Of a DNA stretch of 39,600 nt, positions 1-7,142 are shown one piece after another. The notes under the pieces were generated by a model. It was not told the DNA's origin. It searched no databases and saw nothing but the letters and a program-made list of their open reading frames with translations. Source of the stretch: a virus (Duplodnaviria; Heunggongvirae; Uroviricota; Caudoviricetes). The stretch lies in the IMG/VR virus record IMGVR_UViG_2563366930_000006, positions 1 through 39,600 of that record. One strand, 5' to 3'. A program made the position numbers and the translations under genes. Positions within the stretch are counted from its first letter, which is position 1. Each line of letters begins with the position of its first letter.

Positions 1-2955
1 TTAGTGCTTCCCTTCTATTAAGTCTAACCTAGCTTTTATTCTTTCTATTTCTCTGCGCTGCCATGCCGCCTCGATATAGAATAAGAGATCAGGTCTGACC
101 CCCCATCTAGATCCTGCTGGCGTTATTTCAACGCGCTCAATGATGTCTTCCATTACCATCACTGGATTATCATCCTCATCAACAATGATGCTCCCGTCAT
201 TATCAGTCAGCGGCATTTCCCTTTGGCCAGTAATGACGTCATCATATACTGCGGGATAATCGTCATAGCAAAGAAAGGCATATCGGCATGTTGTGCTTTC
301 TTCTTCCATGAGTCCGTGAGAAATAAGAACATCACGAAGTTGCTGCGCGATTACACCATGATGTATCCTCGCCCCTTCTTCCCCCTTTATAGCGACAGCG
401 TTCAGCCATTTATAAGCGATATACCTGACGTCACCCCAGGCATCCAGCAATGCTTCGTCAGGAGAGACCGGCTCTGTCTTTAATGTTCCGTCACTGGTAA
501 CCACAGGATTGGAGCCAAGATAAACTGTCGAGAACCTGTTTCCCGGACCACCAAGAGCATTTACATTATCAAGATAAGGTTTAACATCTCCGTTCTCAAA
601 AAGATGTTCGAGTGCGTTATATACCGCGCGACGTGGAGTACTGCTTCCGGAACCATGCAACGTTATCATTGCACCATCTGCTGAAGACGTTGTTTCACCG
701 CCGCTAACGATTAATCTCTGAGCGGTAACATCATCAGACGGTACTTTCTTCGCAATAATGGCGTAATTACCCTCAAGTTTGACTTCCGCGCGAACTTGTC
801 CTGATGTACCTGCATGGACAGTCAGTGACTGGACGGCAACATCATCTGTGAAATCAACGGGTACAGGAACCGTCCTCACGCCTGACGTCGACATAAAAGT
901 AGGAAGCGTTCTGTTAGGAGTGGCTCCGTAGACAAAATCCCTTGAAACAAATTCTTCCTGTTTAATTTTCACCCTGAAACAATACAAATCAGCCGGGTGA
1001 CCATCGTGAACATAAGGATATTTTCTGTTGTTATCCCCTATGCTCCATGGGTTTAGAAAGTCTTCCCCACCGAAAATGTAGTACAGCCAGTTGTCTTTGA
1101 TACAAACTGAACCAACACCAACCGCAGAGTTAACTATTCCGCCCTGATAAATCTGATCAGTAACATTAACCCACTCTACATTATCCAGACTCCACTCATT
1201 GACGTTAACTCTGGTCATAAATGTTCTTGGATAATTTCCTGCATAACGGTTATCAGGTTCTCCTCCTTCCCACTCACCAAATGCGCGCTCACTGCCAAAA
1301 ATAATCAGCTCATCGCCAACTTTGGCAAAAGGAAGGTTTGAGTGATGAACATTATTTGGGAAGCGAAGAGAATTCCATGATGTACCTAAATCAGAGCTTC
1401 TGTGCAATGAACTACCGGGTTGAGTACTTAATGTCCCCCTGGTCGTCAGATACAGAATGCCATCATAATATTTTACACATGGCTCAGATGCATTCGCCTC
1501 ATATTCTACAGGTATGCGTCTGCGAACAAAGCTACCAGGAGAACCGAAAGCATCAGAGAAATAGAGTATCCCAAGCTCGCGTGGATCAATATCACCATTA
1601 TGGTAGCCAACAGCAAAACTGTTATCGCTAATCGTCGCAAAACTGTGAATCTCAGTAACAGGAGTGCTTCCGTCAACAAAAGAAGGAATAGTTCCAAGAC
1701 TGGTTTTTCTCCATGGTGACGAGTGAAATGATGTACCAAAACTCCAGTATCTACCCTCGTTATTCTGATCCACATCCTGGGTATTTTGCGTCGTAACTGT
1801 AAAAGTATTTTTATCAATAACAGTAGTCACCGTCATATTCCCGGTAACACCTGTAACACCAGAGTTTGAGAAGTTGACAAAATCACCAGCAAATAATCCG
1901 TGATCAGTAATGCGAATATAAGCGACTTGCTGATTTGCTGCTTTCGTTATACCACCATAAACGCGAAGGCTGCGACTCATTGGGCGATCCCACAACTCTG
2001 CAACCTGCAGTTTATTTCCGCTCACGGTCCGCGTCTCAATTACAGCAAAAAGGCGATTTCTGACAACCCCCATACTCATGCAGTGATAGTTAACTGTGGG
2101 ATAGTTTTCATGTAAATCTGTAAGCCATTCCGGCGTTGTCCAGGTCTTCCCGTCATCTCCTGAGCGAACCCATGCAACATGGAGGTTATTTACACCATGG
2201 CGGTCTCCAGCCATAAAAGGCGCATAGATGACATTGTCATATACAAACGTTTTATCCTGCGTCCAGGCGTTGTACCACGGTGTATCTGTAATTTTAAATA
2301 ACTCTCCCTGGATAAAATCTTCAGAAGCATAAAAAAGAGGCTGACCCGGTATTCTCTCAAATAAAAAACGAGCATTTTTAAATCGACTGACATCTGGAAG
2401 AGTTGATACTTTAAAAGTAAGCCCTCGCCCATCTATCTTTTCACCACCTGTTGCAACAGAAAGTAATTCTGATAGAGCTGATGTATCATCATGAACACCA
2501 TCACCAATAGCCCCCCAACCTCTTACATCATAACTGTCTCTCCATCTTGCTATCTGAAGTTTTGGGTATTTATTCGCTCCATCTGGGTCTTCTAATTGCT
2601 GCCGTAACTGATCAGGATCATACTTCAGCACATTAGGAAAATAGAACTGCTGTGTACCATACGCATCATAAACAGCCATAGAATGGCCTTGCACGGTTAC
2701 GAATTTGGCAATCTGTCCGTTATATACCGGATATCCAGCAGCGTTAATGATGATTGGTTGCGAAACAGGAACGTGAGAACCGTTTTCGTTCTCCACATAA
2801 ACCTGAATCTGGTTTTCAGGATTTACAGGGTCAGTATCAATTTTACCGATATAAATTTTGCCATTGGCATTTGCTTTAAACGAGCGAGCTAAAGTAAATA
2901 ACTGACTTGGTTGTGAAACAACTACGTTGTATAATTGTTCTGGCATAATAAACAT
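1..2955 (-). CDS. Tailspike protein with P22-type N-terminal head-binding domain and C-terminal intramolecular-chaperone (S74-like) domain
   Basis: 984 aa ORF; N-terminus [37 protein letters not shown] resembles the P22 gp9 head-binding domain; C-terminal ~150 aa resembles the autoproteolytic chaperone of endosialidase-type fibers; stop TAA at 1-3. Confidence 0.9.
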   Translation of the reverse strand: MFIMPEQLYNVVVSQPSQLFTLARSFKANANGKIYIGKIDTDPVNPENQIQVYVENENGSHVPVSQPIIINAAGYPVYNGQIAKFVTVQGHSMAVYDAYGTQQFYFPNVLKYDPDQLRQQLEDPDGANKYPKLQIARWRDSYDVRGWGAIGDGVHDDTSALSELLSVATGGEKIDGRGLTFKVSTLPDVSRFKNARFLFERIPGQPLFYASEDFIQGELFKITDTPWYNAWTQDKTFVYDNVIYAPFMAGDRHGVNNLHVAWVRSGDDGKTWTTPEWLTDLHENYPTVNYHCMSMGVVRNRLFAVIETRTVSGNKLQVAELWDRPMSRSLRVYGGITKAANQQVAYIRITDHGLFAGDFVNFSNSGVTGVTGNMTVTTVIDKNTFTVTTQNTQDVDQNNEGRYWSFGTSFHSSPWRKTSLGTIPSFVDGSTPVTEIHSFATISDNSFAVGYHNGDIDPRELGILYFSDAFGSPGSFVRRRIPVEYEANASEPCVKYYDGILYLTTRGTLSTQPGSSLHRSSDLGTSWNSLRFPNNVHHSNLPFAKVGDELIIFGSERAFGEWEGGEPDNRYAGNYPRTFMTRVNVNEWSLDNVEWVNVTDQIYQGGIVNSAVGVGSVCIKDNWLYYIFGGEDFLNPWSIGDNNRKYPYVHDGHPADLYCFRVKIKQEEFVSRDFVYGATPNRTLPTFMSTSGVRTVPVPVDFTDDVAVQSLTVHAGTSGQVRAEVKLEGNYAIIAKKVPSDDVTAQRLIVSGGETTSSADGAMITLHGSGSSTPRRAVYNALEHLFENGDVKPYLDNVNALGGPGNRFSTVYLGSNPVVTSDGTLKTEPVSPDEALLDAWGDVRYIAYKWLNAVAIKGEEGARIHHGVIAQQLRDVLISHGLMEEESTTCRYAFLCYDDYPAVYDDVITGQREMPLTDNDGSIIVDEDDNPVMVMEDIIERVEITPAGSRWGVRPDLLFYIEAAWQRREIERIKARLDLIEGKH

Positions 2956-2968
2956 TCCGGAGAAAATA

Positions 2969-3469
2969 ATGAGTAAGAGACGTCACGAGGTAGTAACTCG
3001 GGAGCGCCTTATGGAGGTTCTCGATTACAATAAAGAAACAGGAGTTTTCACTTGGAAAAAGAAATTAAGCGCCAGAGGTGCTGTTGGGAAAGTTGCTGGC
3101 ACAATTTCTTATGGATATAACGCAATTAATATTGATGGCGTAAGATATTTTGCACATAGACTTGCCTGGCTGTATGTATATGGCGAATGGCCCAAACAAG
3201 AGATTGACCACATTGATAGAAACAGAAGAAATAACGCAATCTCAAACCTTAGGGATGTCAGCAGAGTCGTAAATGCATTAAATGTCGGACCTCGAAATAG
3301 CAATGCTGGAATCAAGGGGGTAACTTTCTGTCAAGCCAGAAATCAATGGCAAGCTCAGATAAATGTCTCAGGTAAAAACATAACCCTTGGGAGATTCAAC
3401 ACCATTGATGAAGCGGCTATAGCTTATAAGGCAGCAAACATGGTTGCTGACCATCTGTTGAGTAGGTAA
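2969..3469 (+). CDS. HNH homing endonuclease with C-terminal AP2-type DNA-binding domain
   Basis: Motif [18 protein letters not shown] (HNH) followed by [40 protein letters not shown] (AP2-like); ATG at 2969 in the ORF frame. Confidence 0.75.
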   Translation: MSKRRHEVVTRERLMEVLDYNKETGVFTWKKKLSARGAVGKVAGTISYGYNAINIDGVRYFAHRLAWLYVYGEWPKQEIDHIDRNRRNNAISNLRDVSRVVNALNVGPRNSNAGIKGVTFCQARNQWQAQINVSGKNITLGRFNTIDEAAIAYKAANMVADHLLSR

Positions 3470-3611
3470 TGTCTGTCATTTAATTTGCTCCAGATACAAG
3501 GAATCGCCGCAGCATGGCTACGGTTGATGTTTGTTGCATACCGAAATGGTACGATTGTTGATTTGTACAGTAGGTTTTACGATGCCATTCCACCCATTTG
3601 GTGAGGCATTG

Positions 3612-3869
3612 ATGATGTACAGCAAATACGATGAGGCGCAGTTCCACTTGAGGCTTACGCACGAGTTGCACGCTAAGATTAAGCAGCGTGCAAAAATGAA
3701 TAACAGGTCTATCAATTCCGAAATTGTGGCTACGATGGAAGAATCACTCTCCAAACCATCACCTGTAAGCGGGTATCGTGATGAAGAAGAGAGGTTGGCC
3801 TCATTAATCTCGGAGCGAGTAAAAGAAGTTGCGGCTGATATCCTTAGAAAAGAAAAAACCCGCGATTAA
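3612..3869 (+). CDS. mnt: Mnt-like ribbon-helix-helix repressor
   Basis: NNRSINSEIVATMEESLSKPSPVSGYRDEEERLA resembles P22 Mnt; GGTGAGG RBS before tandem ATG ATG at 3612. Confidence 0.75.
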   Translation: MMYSKYDEAQFHLRLTHELHAKIKQRAKMNNRSINSEIVATMEESLSKPSPVSGYRDEEERLASLISERVKEVAADILRKEKTRD

Positions 3870-3880
3870 GCGGGTTTAGT
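3853..3880. terminator. Bidirectional intrinsic terminator between convergent genes
   Basis: Stem CCCGC/GCGGG with loop GATTAA, A-run on one side and T-rich tract on the other; the mnt stop codon lies in the loop. Confidence 0.6.
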
Positions 3881-3883
3881 TGG

Positions 3884-4105
3884 TTAGTTATCAAAAAGTC
3901 CGTACGTTTCTTCTTCTTCAGGTGTAAGGGGAAGAATCTCTACTCTATCTATAGATATCTTTTCAATGTACCCATGAGGTCTACTTAAAATTAAAGCTCT
4001 CTCATGCCACAGAACTCCAAGAATGTGATACCTTCCAGCATCGCCTTTTACCCTGGCTCTTCCTTTGATTCTTGGCGGCATAATGCCATATTTTTTCTTT
4101 GCCAT
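3884..4105 (-). CDS. Hypothetical 73 aa protein, translationally coupled to the upstream gene
   Basis: ORF with ATG overlapping the upstream stop by one base (TAATG); followed by the bidirectional terminator. Confidence 0.45.
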   Translation of the reverse strand: MAKKKYGIMPPRIKGRARVKGDAGRYHILGVLWHERALILSRPHGYIEKISIDRVEILPLTPEEEETYGLFDN

Positions 4106-4833
4106 TATGCAACATTACTCCCATGAATCAGGTGTTGTAGTGCTTTAACACCTTCCTCATTGTAGCGGAATGCTTCCACCTGTTTGCTGGAATGCGCAGA
4201 TTTATCCAGGAAGAACTTCCCGTACTGCTCAGTTTTGAGGTTGTTTGCGTTAGCAATGCGACCAATCTTGTTGGCCGTTACTCCAAGCTGCTCTGCAACC
4301 TCCCCTGCTGAGTAGTAATGCTCTTCTATTGCTGGAAGAGGTATTGCATTAAAACCAACGATCGGGTTGATTATGCTTGCTGCCGCAGTCTGCTTTGCTT
4401 CCGGCGCAAGATTTGGCATCAAATCGAACAGATTGGTAACAGCTTCAACCGTCATTTTCAATGTTCGCGCCTGGCGATACTCAACAAGTCCACTAGACGA
4501 TTTACCGCTTTTAATGTGCGCTTCTTGCATACTTTCAAGTTGGTCTACAAGTGAGCGGCGAACAGCTTTAGATTCACGAGCAGCCACTCGAAGGGCTTGC
4601 TTAATTGACATAACAACTTTTTCAGAAGTTGTCTTGTTTGATTTTTGAACTACGAAAATTTCGTAGTGCTCACCTTCAAGTTCATCCTTAATGCGTGCAA
4701 TAAAGTCGTTATTGCGGACTTCTTTTTCCCCGCACTGTCTACGAGCATGATTGACCATCTCTAACAGGTACTGGCTATCAATGGTTTTATCCGTGACAAC
4801 GGATCCGATGTTTGCTACATTCTTAAAAGTCAT
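4105..4833 (-). CDS. Antirepressor-like protein with C-terminal KilAC-type domain
   Basis: C-terminal YSAGEVAEQLGVTANKIGRIANANNLKTEQYGKFF resembles the KilAC domain; ATG at 4833 with AAGGAA RBS; upstream in-frame codons judged non-coding. Confidence 0.6.
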   Translation of the reverse strand: MTFKNVANIGSVVTDKTIDSQYLLEMVNHARRQCGEKEVRNNDFIARIKDELEGEHYEIFVVQKSNKTTSEKVVMSIKQALRVAARESKAVRRSLVDQLESMQEAHIKSGKSSSGLVEYRQARTLKMTVEAVTNLFDLMPNLAPEAKQTAAASIINPIVGFNAIPLPAIEEHYYSAGEVAEQLGVTANKIGRIANANNLKTEQYGKFFLDKSAHSSKQVEAFRYNEEGVKALQHLIHGSNVA

Positions 4834-4902
4834 TAGGCATTCCTTATGTGGTAGTAAGGGTGTGACATAGGCCGCCAGCAGCACACTGGCGGTTTTCTTT
4901 TT
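4829..4902 (+). ncRNA. Candidate sar-like cis-antisense RNA (copy 2) over the start and RBS of the KilAC-domain gene
   Basis: Extended -10-like TGCTACATT at 4813-4821, then a canonical intrinsic terminator (stem GCCGCCAG/CTGGCGG, then TTTTCTTTTT) at 4871-4902 on the strand opposite the gene. Confidence 0.35.
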
Positions 4903-4921
4903 GCGCCGTCCGGCGCACCAA

Positions 4922-5548
4922 TCAATGAATCCATTCCTCGCCGCGCAGTTTTGCCAGCATTGGCTGAGCGTTCTTTACGACAAAATTGTTGGTATCAAGA
5001 TTCTTCATTTCACGAAGAAGTGATTTCTTGGTTTCTTCTGACATGTAGCGAGTCTCATATGCAATATCGTAAATCCTTCCTGAAAGCTCAGAACCAATTT
5101 GCTTCATTCCTGGGTAGATGTGTTTGCACATTTGTTGACTCTTCTCCATCCACAATTGTAAGTAGCAGAGATTAACCAGTTCTTCGTCAGTAAACTGTTT
5201 TGCAATCGGTGAGCATTCTGCCTGCCGATCCAAAATATCCAGCACCCAGCGGCGGAACTCTTTGGCTACCTGAGTGCGAGCAAACATCGCGATTAGGTGG
5301 GCACCGCGTAGTGAGAAAACACGCACTTTTTTGCGATAATTTCCTGAGGTACTCACTTCGAGTACCTGAGTCATTCCGGCGCTAAACTCATCGCTATACT
5401 TGTTATAAATCATTGTTACTGCACGACTATTTGCGTATTTAAGTGCAGATGCAATATTAGATGATGTAAACCAAACACCATGCATATCACGGGTGGGCAC
5501 CAATTCAACTCCGTGGAAGTTGTAATCTGATTTTGCTACAATATTCAT
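4922..5548 (-). CDS. ant: Antirepressor with AntA/Bro-N-type domain
   Basis: N-terminal region FHGVELVPTRDMHGVWFTSSNIASALKY typical of AntA-like antirepressors; ATG at 5548 with AAGGAAA RBS; sits downstream of arc. Confidence 0.7.
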   Translation of the reverse strand: MNIVAKSDYNFHGVELVPTRDMHGVWFTSSNIASALKYANSRAVTMIYNKYSDEFSAGMTQVLEVSTSGNYRKKVRVFSLRGAHLIAMFARTQVAKEFRRWVLDILDRQAECSPIAKQFTDEELVNLCYLQLWMEKSQQMCKHIYPGMKQIGSELSGRIYDIAYETRYMSEETKKSLLREMKNLDTNNFVVKNAQPMLAKLRGEEWIH

Positions 5549-5625
5549 GTTAGTTTCCTTGCATACGGTTACTGACATAGAGGCCCGGTTTGTGTTCACG
5601 CACTGCCGGGCTTCACTATTTTTAC
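5549..5625 (+). ncRNA. sar: Candidate sar-like antisense RNA (copy 1) covering the ant RBS and the arc-ant intercistronic region
   Basis: Extended -10-like TGCTACAAT at 5534-5542 directly antisense to the ant start; stem GCCCGG/CCGGGC at 5582-5610 then T-rich tract; same architecture as P22 sar. Confidence 0.4.
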
Positions 5626-5795
5626 TGGGCATTAGCTCTTTCCTCTCTCAGGCTTTTAGCCAGTCGCTGCACAATCGCAGAGTTGATAGAAATTCCATCC
5701 ATTTCAGCAACACGTCTAATCTCCTCCTTCATTCGCGCTGGCAAACGAAGCTGGAAACTTTGACTTTTACGACCTGTGTAAAGCACATCTTTCAT
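5622..5795 (-). CDS. arc: Arc-like ribbon-helix-helix repressor
   Basis: 57 aa; SQSFQLRLPARMKEEIRRVAEMDGISINSAIVQRL is an RHH fold; GGGAGGA RBS before ATG at 5795. Confidence 0.75.
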   Translation of the reverse strand: MKDVLYTGRKSQSFQLRLPARMKEEIRRVAEMDGISINSAIVQRLAKSLREERANAQ

Positions 5796-5822
5796 AAGTA
5801 ATCCTCCCACAATGATACCAAC

Positions 5823-5838
5823 TTGGTTCTAGAACCAA
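5823..5838. promoter_or_regulatory. Perfect 16-bp palindrome TTGGTTCTAGAACCAA in the divergent arc / mnt-like promoter region; candidate RHH operator
   Basis: Exact inverted repeat read directly in the 111-bp divergent intergenic region. Confidence 0.5.
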
Positions 5839-5906
5839 TTTAACACCATTTATTTTGATGTCAAGTTGGTGCTATTGTTTAGCGAACATCTTTACGTTGA
5901 GGTCAT

Positions 5907-6227
5907 ATGAGCAAGTTCCCTAGTCATGAAATGGATAGGTTCAATATCAGGCTTCCTGCAGGAATGCGGGATGCTATAGCTGAACGAGCCAAACGTAACG
6001 GCAGATCAATGAACTCAGAGATTGTTCAGATACTGGAAGATGCCTTGAATGCAGAAAATACACTCGGGGAAATAGCAGATAAAATCAACAGCGTCTCGGT
6101 TCCGCTAAATGTTGATGCGCTAGTTCAACTTCAAGCCCAGGTTATCGCCATGCAAAAAGAAATACAGGAAAAGTTCAGAGAGCAGAACGAAAAGTTGAGA
6201 GAACTGCTAAACAAAAAAACCACCTGA
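5907..6227 (+). CDS. Second Mnt/Arc-family RHH regulator with C-terminal coiled coil
   Basis: RFNIRLPAGMRDAIAERAKRNGRSMNSEIVQILEDAL is an RHH motif; divergent from arc as mnt is in P22. Confidence 0.7.
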   Translation: MSKFPSHEMDRFNIRLPAGMRDAIAERAKRNGRSMNSEIVQILEDALNAENTLGEIADKINSVSVPLNVDALVQLQAQVIAMQKEIQEKFREQNEKLRELLNKKTT

Positions 6228-6245
6228 CGGTGGGTTAATTTTTGC
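6216..6245 (+). terminator. Possible terminator after the second mnt-like gene
   Basis: Stem CCACC/GGTGG with the stop codon in the loop, T-rich tract 5 nt downstream; non-canonical spacing. Confidence 0.35.
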
Positions 6246-6260
6246 CTTTTTTGGACCATA

Positions 6261-6289
6261 TTGACTACTCATAAAATGAGATCAATATT
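6261..6289 (+). promoter_or_regulatory. Candidate promoter for the YjzC-like gene with a palindrome CTCATAAAATGAG in the spacer
   Basis: TTGACT at 6261-6266, inverted repeat CTCAT-AAA-ATGAG at 6268-6280, A/T-rich -10-like hexamer near 6283-6289. Confidence 0.3.
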
Positions 6290-6325
6290 TAATCGCCCAA
6301 TAACGGGTGCATGTTGAGGTATATC

Positions 6326-6505
6326 ATGGCGAAAAAACCAGGTGAAAACACAGGAAAAAACGGCGGAATATACCAAGAAGTTGGCCCGCGCGGAGGTAAG
6401 AAAGACAATTTTGCCACCGTCAAGGACAACGAAAGGCTTCCGCCAACAACAAAGCCAGGTCATGGCTGGGTATTAGATAAGCGAACTCCAGACAGCAAAA
6501 AGTAA
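6326..6505 (+). CDS. YjzC-like small protein (59 aa)
   Basis: KPGENTGKNGGIYQEVGPRGG...RLPPTTKPGHGW fits the YjzC-family pattern; GAGGT RBS before ATG at 6326. Confidence 0.55.
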   Translation: MAKKPGENTGKNGGIYQEVGPRGGKKDNFATVKDNERLPPTTKPGHGWVLDKRTPDSKK

Positions 6506-6511
6506 TAATCA

Positions 6512-6533
6512 AGCCGGGTCACTCCGGCTTTTT
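6512..6533. terminator. Intrinsic terminator after the YjzC-like gene, overlapping the stop of the convergent HExxH gene
   Basis: Stem AGCCGG/CCGGCT with loop GTCACT then TTTT. Confidence 0.5.
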
Positions 6534-6884
6534 GATATGTCGCTCGCAGAACTCAACAAGCCTGCTCATTAAGTAGCAGTAAGTCTCGTTGGCTCTTCCT
6601 GGTTCAACATCAACGCCGACCCTTGAGCAGATATCGAATGCCATGTGAGCGCACTCATGGGCAATAGTAGATAGTTTGCCATTGAACACACCTATCACAT
6701 GCAAAACACCATTCTCGCTGCTCATTGTATGAGACGCTCCGTTGGCATCCGAGTCCTGCACGTCCACGCCAAGTTTTTGATGCAGGCGTTGCCATTCTGG
6801 AAAGTCTCTGCAAAACACAATTGTACCGCTCTCAAAGAGCGGAACGAGCATTTTTGGTACGTTTCCAATGTTAACTTTTTTCAT
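6519..6884 (-). CDS. HExxH-motif protein, possible ImmA/IrrE-like (M78) metallopeptidase domain
   Basis: 121 aa; segment NGVLHVIGVFNGKLSTIAHECAHMAFD carries an HExxH motif in a context resembling ImmA-like peptidases; the family assignment is tentative. Confidence 0.45.
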   Translation of the reverse strand: MKKVNIGNVPKMLVPLFESGTIVFCRDFPEWQRLHQKLGVDVQDSDANGASHTMSSENGVLHVIGVFNGKLSTIAHECAHMAFDICSRVGVDVEPGRANETYCYLMSRLVEFCERHIKKPE

Positions 6885-6914
6885 GGTATCCTGCTCAAAA
6901 CTAAGGAGGTTGGT

Positions 6915-7142
6915 GTGAAGCGATGGTTCCTCATAATTACTGTTTTCGCGATCATTTACACTATTTTCCCTGCGTTAAAAGCACCAATGCAAATAATTTC
7001 GCTAGCAATAATTGCAATTGGTGCTTTCATTGCAGTAGCCGTACTTGTGTTTAAGGTTTTAAAGTTTTTAGTTTGGCTATCAAAAGATGATGGATGCAAA
7101 GTTCATCAAGAAAAAGAAGGCAAAATAACCAAAGTTGACTAA
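6915..7142 (+). CDS. Small predicted membrane protein (about 75 aa, two hydrophobic helices), GTG start
   Basis: Strong RBS TAAGGAGGT before in-frame GTG at 6915; hydrophobic stretches WFLIITVFAIIYTIF and IISLAIIAIGAFIAVAVLVF; no competing ORF on the other strand in this gap. Confidence 0.4.
   Translation: MKRWFLIITVFAIIYTIFPALKAPMQIISLAIIAIGAFIAVAVLVFKVLKFLVWLSKDDGCKVHQEKEGKITKVD

Noticed and set aside
4834-4884. 17-codon upstream extension of the KilAC-domain gene (MLLAAYVTPLLPHKECL)
   Set aside because: The extension would be translated across the terminator hairpin and has no RBS; the ATG at 4833 has an AAGGAA RBS.
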